From positions 1,728,001-1,792,000 of the forward strand of contig CAXXQS010000002.1 in assembly GCA_963674735.2 (NCBI GenBank): a stretch of 64,000 bases of DNA, in the 5' to 3' direction. The position numbers and the translations under genes are program-made. Shown here piece by piece: positions 60,084-64,000 of this stretch. The stretch's first letter is position 1, and each line of letters opens with the position of its first letter. The notes beneath the pieces were generated by a model. That model was not told the DNA's origin. It searched no databases and saw only the letters and a list, made by a program, of their open reading frames with translations. Source of the stretch: Myxococcota bacterium. GTDB taxonomy: Bacteria; Myxococcota_A; SURF-8.

Positions 60084-61934
60084 GTGCCGTGTGCGAATAC
60101 AATGGACTGGGTAGTTAAGCCGAAGGATCGGCAGGAGTTGGACGTGGGTCCCAATCGCAACAAGCAAGTCATTTCGTTGGTCGCGTCTCCAACTGAGCCG
60201 TCCGATCCGCGTATCCTTGTCGTGGATGACGAAAAAGTAATTCGTACAGTTTTCAGTCTGGCACTTCGCAAGTGGTCTTACCAGGTCGATATCGCGGCCG
60301 ATGCGGAAACCGCCCTCGAAATGATGCGGGAAATGCATTACCAGTTGGTGCTTTCCGATATCTCGATGCCGGGTCACGACGGTATCTGGTTGCTTTCGCA
60401 GATCAGCGACTGGCCGGACAAACCGTTGTTCATCATCATGACCGGCAACGCCGATCTGGATGTGGCCATTCATTGCCTGACCAGCGGTGCCCATGATTTT
60501 CTGGTGAAGCCGGTAGAGTTGGATTATCTCAAGCGCAAAGTCGAAGACGCCTTGGCCTTGTGGCAACTCGACCATGAGCGTCGCCGCCAACAGGATCTGC
60601 TGGAGGAGGTGGCCATCACCGAGCGCTGGAAGGCGCAGCAGCTCTTCCTCAATGCCATCGATGCGTTGATTCTGGCGCTGGAAGCCAAGGATCCCTATAC
60701 CGAAGGCCATTCGTCGCGCGTGGCGGCGATGGTGGAAGGGATGGCTCGGCAAGCCAACTTCCGTTCCCACGACGTGGTCAATATCGTCAATGCCGCACGC
60801 TGCCATGATGTGGGTAAAATCGGCTGGCCCGATGCGATTCTGCTCAAGGACGGCAAGCTGACGGATGAGGAATACGAGCGGGTCAAAACCCACCCCGAAA
60901 AGGGAGAGCATATTCTGGCTCCGATCTTCAAAGATTATCCCGATATTCTGGACGGCGTTCGTCATCATCACGAGCGTTTCGACGGCAAGGGCTACCCGAG
61001 CGGACTCAAAGGCGAGACGATTCCGTTATTTGCACGCATGATTACGGTTGCCGACTCTTTCGATGCGATGACCTCCACGCGGACGTATCGTAAGGCCCGC
61101 TCCAGCGGGGAGGCGGTTAACGAGATCATCGCGTGTAGCGGCAAACAATTCTGTCCGCAGGTGGTGCGCTATTTTCTGAATTTCTACAATGAATCGCTTG
61201 CCGGAAACGAAGAGAGAAACTGGATCGATCGCCGTCGGCAGCCGCGCTACGAAAAGCGGGCTCAGGTAAAATTGAGGCAGAACGACATCAAATTCGACGG
61301 GCGCTCGCTCGATTTCTCCACCCAGGGGCTGCAAGTGGAAGTCGATGGCCAGTTGCAAGTCCAACACGGGGTGAATGTGCATATTGCGGCCGGCCGCTCG
61401 CTGGACGCCTGGGTGAAATGGTCTGAGGATGACGATAATGGCGGTTGTCTCGCCGGACTTTCCATCCGAGCACAGCAGGATGATTATCTGGAGCTTTTAC
61501 GGAAACATTCGCTGACCCTGACCGAACAACGCGGATCCCATCGCCTCTCGGAGGTGATTACAGCCGAGATTATGACGGATGCGGGTATCGACCGGCACAA
61601 TATCCTCAACCTGAGCTCTGCCGGTGCGTTCATTCAGACACGCCGTGCCTTGCCGATCGATGCGGAACTGGTTGTGCGCTTTCGGCTGGAGGGCGAGGTT
61701 CGGGGGTTGGTTCAAGCGCGGGGAGTGGTGGTGCATCAAGTAAGCATGCAGGAAGCCATCATGACCGAGGGAATCATTCCCGGTATGGGGGTGCAATTTA
61801 TGGAATTCGTCGATGATTCGCAGGCCAGGCTGGCTGCTTACATCCAGTCGAAAATATTGCGCCGCAACGTTTCCAGACTGGATGTGTCCCAAACCGAGAG
61901 TCCGGAGAAAGACAAACGGGAAAACGCCGGGTAA
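60084..61934 (+). CDS. REC-HD-GYP-PilZ-PilZ c-di-GMP phosphodiesterase
   Basis: ILVVDDE/DISMP receiver; KDPYTEGHS, HDVGKIG, HHHERFDGKGYP; two PilZ motif pairs; start uncertain. Confidence 0.9.
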   Translation: MPCANTMDWVVKPKDRQELDVGPNRNKQVISLVASPTEPSDPRILVVDDEKVIRTVFSLALRKWSYQVDIAADAETALEMMREMHYQLVLSDISMPGHDGIWLLSQISDWPDKPLFIIMTGNADLDVAIHCLTSGAHDFLVKPVELDYLKRKVEDALALWQLDHERRRQQDLLEEVAITERWKAQQLFLNAIDALILALEAKDPYTEGHSSRVAAMVEGMARQANFRSHDVVNIVNAARCHDVGKIGWPDAILLKDGKLTDEEYERVKTHPEKGEHILAPIFKDYPDILDGVRHHHERFDGKGYPSGLKGETIPLFARMITVADSFDAMTSTRTYRKARSSGEAVNEIIACSGKQFCPQVVRYFLNFYNESLAGNEERNWIDRRRQPRYEKRAQVKLRQNDIKFDGRSLDFSTQGLQVEVDGQLQVQHGVNVHIAAGRSLDAWVKWSEDDDNGGCLAGLSIRAQQDDYLELLRKHSLTLTEQRGSHRLSEVITAEIMTDAGIDRHNILNLSSAGAFIQTRRALPIDAELVVRFRLEGEVRGLVQARGVVVHQVSMQEAIMTEGIIPGMGVQFMEFVDDSQARLAAYIQSKILRRNVSRLDVSQTESPEKDKRENAG

Positions 61935-62122
61935 ACGGCCTGCCGCTCCGATTCCGAATATTGGAGCCGCTTCCTCTCCTGCCGGTCCCGCGAAAACGGG
62001 ATCCGATTACCTGAAACAACAATAAATTCAAATTATTGTGGGAATGGCGACATGGTGACCTGTGCGTGAGGTTCCGGTCCGGTTCGTCTCATCCCAGCGG
62101 CACGATTCCGCTTGCCGGGTCG

Positions 62123-62908
62123 CTATCCTTTCTCTGAAACGGACTGATTGAGATGGGCCAGGCGCGAGGATAAATTGCGGGCGATATCCATCAGGGCCGT
62201 GGGGTTGGTGGTGGCCAGTTTGTTGAAGTCTTCACCGCCGAAGGACATCGTTTCGCAGTCGGTGGTGGCCACGACGGTGGCGCTGCGGGGGTCGCCGGTC
62301 AGGCGGCTCATTTCACCGAAAATTTCGTTTTCACCGATTTCTCCCACCTTTCGTCCATCCACCACCACATCCGCGCGACCGGACAGCATCGAATACACTT
62401 CCGAATCGGTATTTCCCTGGTGAATGATGGTGGTTCCGGCGGGGAAACTGCGCATCTGGAAGTTGGGACGCACGGTGGCGACGGTGGCGCCCAACAGCAC
62501 TTGGAAGAGGTTCGACTGGACCGCCCAGTACTCGCCGAGCAGTTCGAAACGCTTGGGATCCTTGCGGATTTTCTTCAGCGCGGGAGCCGCTGCGTAAACA
62601 TCGGCCCGGACGGCGAATTCCAATGTGCCGCGAATCTGGCCGGCGCCCAGGCAGTTGTCGAGACCCACCAACTCGCCCTGCTCGTAGTAAAACAACAGTC
62701 GGTCGCCCCAGTAAGCACTGACAAAGCCCTCCGTTAACCGGTAGAAATACGCGTGCCCGATGCGATCGGGACCGGCCAGGGTTTCGGTGTTGGGGATCAG
62801 CACGTTTTCCTCTGCCGGTTTCAAACCGTCGCAGAGCTCGTCGGCCAGGCCTCTCAGGCGTTTCGCCAGGGCGTCCGCCTCATCGGTAGAGGGAATTTGG
62901 ATGATCAT
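62123..62908 (-). CDS. Cyclic nucleotide-binding domain protein
   Basis: IIHQG, FGEMS...PRSATVVA in the C-terminal domain; degenerate N-terminal CNB-like domain. Confidence 0.82.
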   Translation of the reverse strand: MIIQIPSTDEADALAKRLRGLADELCDGLKPAEENVLIPNTETLAGPDRIGHAYFYRLTEGFVSAYWGDRLLFYYEQGELVGLDNCLGAGQIRGTLEFAVRADVYAAAPALKKIRKDPKRFELLGEYWAVQSNLFQVLLGATVATVRPNFQMRSFPAGTTIIHQGNTDSEVYSMLSGRADVVVDGRKVGEIGENEIFGEMSRLTGDPRSATVVATTDCETMSFGGEDFNKLATTNPTALMDIARNLSSRLAHLNQSVSEKG

Positions 62909-63016
62909 GGTATTTCGGGCCTTTCCCCAAAATGACAGGGTTCCAGAACCGCGCGCGAATCCACACCTATTCTATCATACTTTGGCTCCGGTGCAATGCC
63001 CCATTCCCATCGGCAG

Positions 63017-63194
63017 GGCGTTTCACTTCTAAGCTTTTCACCGTTTTCCACCGAACTATAATTTGGCTTACGGGGTGCCATGGGCCAAGCTTTTGGCTTG
63101 CCCATGCTGTTTTCACGGGCAAACCTGACGGTTTAGCCCGTGCCACCCATCATCAATCGAAAATTAGTCGAGACTCAATCAGAATTGCAACGCC
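63017..63194 (-). mobile_element. MITE/REPIN-like element, copy 2 (inverted relative to copy 1)
   Basis: Reverse complement matches 43193-43369 with scattered substitutions; ends GGCGTTTCACTTCT...AGAATTGCAACGCC. Confidence 0.75.
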
Positions 63195-63491
63195 CCATTC
63201 CCATCGGAAACTCCGGTGCAACGTCCCGTTTCCCATCGGATATTTGGAGTGTTTTGAAATTATGAGCGAAATCAATATGTCTATAAAGCTTTATGCATAA
63301 GCGACGACGGGGAATGTGCTTGACAAAGATTCGGCAATGACATACAAATCAGGTACTTACTTGCGGTAACCGAGCGAACTAAATTACTGATTATCAAAAG
63401 AAAATCCAGATCGTGAAGGGATTGTTTCCGCCTGCGGTCCTTTATTGCCGCTGGGCAGGCGATCTCGCTCCACAACCTGTAAGGATGACCC

Positions 63492-63965
63492 ATGGCCCTG
63501 GAATTCTCGGCGGAGTCGGAAGCGCGGATTCAGCGAGCCCTCGAAGAATACTACGATCGCCAGGCGGCCTTGCTCCCCGTTTTGTACGTGGCGCAGGACC
63601 AGTTCGGGCATGTCACGCCCGAGGTGACCGAATTGGTGGCCAAGCGCCTCCAGTTGCCGCGCATGCATGTGGAATCGGTGGCGTCGTTCTACACGATGTA
63701 CTACAAGGCGCCGATCGGCCGCTACCACGTCCAGATTTGCCGTACCTTGAGCTGCGCCATGTCGGGTGCGGGTGCGGTGATTCAGCATGTGAAGAAAAAG
63801 CTGGCCATCGGTCCCGGCGAGGTGACGCCCGACGGGAAATTTTCGATGGAAGAAGTGGAGTGCCTCGCCTTGTGCGGATCCGCTCCGGCCATGATCATCA
63901 ACAAGACGAATTACGAAAATCTCACGATTGAAAAAGTCGACCAGATTCTGAACGCCTGTGACTAA
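63492..63965 (+). CDS. nuoE: NADH-quinone oxidoreductase subunit E
   Basis: LLPVLYVAQ, VASFYTMY, CRTLSC...VECLALC [2Fe-2S] ligands. Confidence 0.9.
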   Translation: MALEFSAESEARIQRALEEYYDRQAALLPVLYVAQDQFGHVTPEVTELVAKRLQLPRMHVESVASFYTMYYKAPIGRYHVQICRTLSCAMSGAGAVIQHVKKKLAIGPGEVTPDGKFSMEEVECLALCGSAPAMIINKTNYENLTIEKVDQILNACD

Positions 63966-63980
63966 CGCGGGGAGTGCTCC

Positions 63981-64000
63981 ATGAGCGAACTGGTTCTCTC
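63981..64000 (+). CDS. Start of the next gene, probably nuoF (truncated by window end)
   Basis: GGAG RBS + ATG (MSELVL) directly after nuoE; identity inferred from context only. Confidence 0.4.

Noticed and set aside
62905-63105. MGKPKAWPMAP... ORFs at 62905-63105 and 43282
   Set aside because: The shared peptide is just translation of the repeated MITE sequence.

Overview
GC-rich bacterial chromosomal window, most likely Myxococcota/deltaproteobacterial-like (inferred from a MYXO-CTERM-type tail, tandem PilZ proteins and a REC-DUF4388-DnaJ-TPR protein). Core genes: mlaDFE, ccdA/tlpA fusion, murB, pduO, a Mn/Zn tro-type ABC operon with a DtxR/MntR regulator, tRNA-His, dinB, tRNA-Arg(TCT), yidC-yidD-rnpA-rpmH, M3 and M16 peptidases, rnd, rnhA, a c-di-GMP cluster and nuoE. 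The main finding is at 33990-38570: two ~2.27-kb integrase-less cassettes lie in tandem at an att-like site inside the last 13 codons of the J-domain gene, and the displaced, synonymously recoded gene end sits at 38529-38570. Each cassette has its own sigma70 promoter, a trypsin-like (S1) protease with a lipoprotein signal, and a Kazal-Kazal-pacifastin inhibitor-like lipoprotein. The propeptide and inhibitor C-terminus are nearly identical between copies, while the mature protease and first Kazal domain are swapped, AT-richer variants. A poly-C tract (C9/C12) after the lipobox puts both proteases out of frame, suggesting phase variation (or homopolymer error). Also notable: a likely UGA-readthrough (Sec) DUF1573 lipoprotein, a family of lipoproteins with (PDGDx)n acidic tethers and different catalytic heads, a mosaic pair of FGE/CLec lipoproteins, and two copies of a ~177-bp MITE/REP-like element. 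All family assignments come from motif recognition; no database searches were run.
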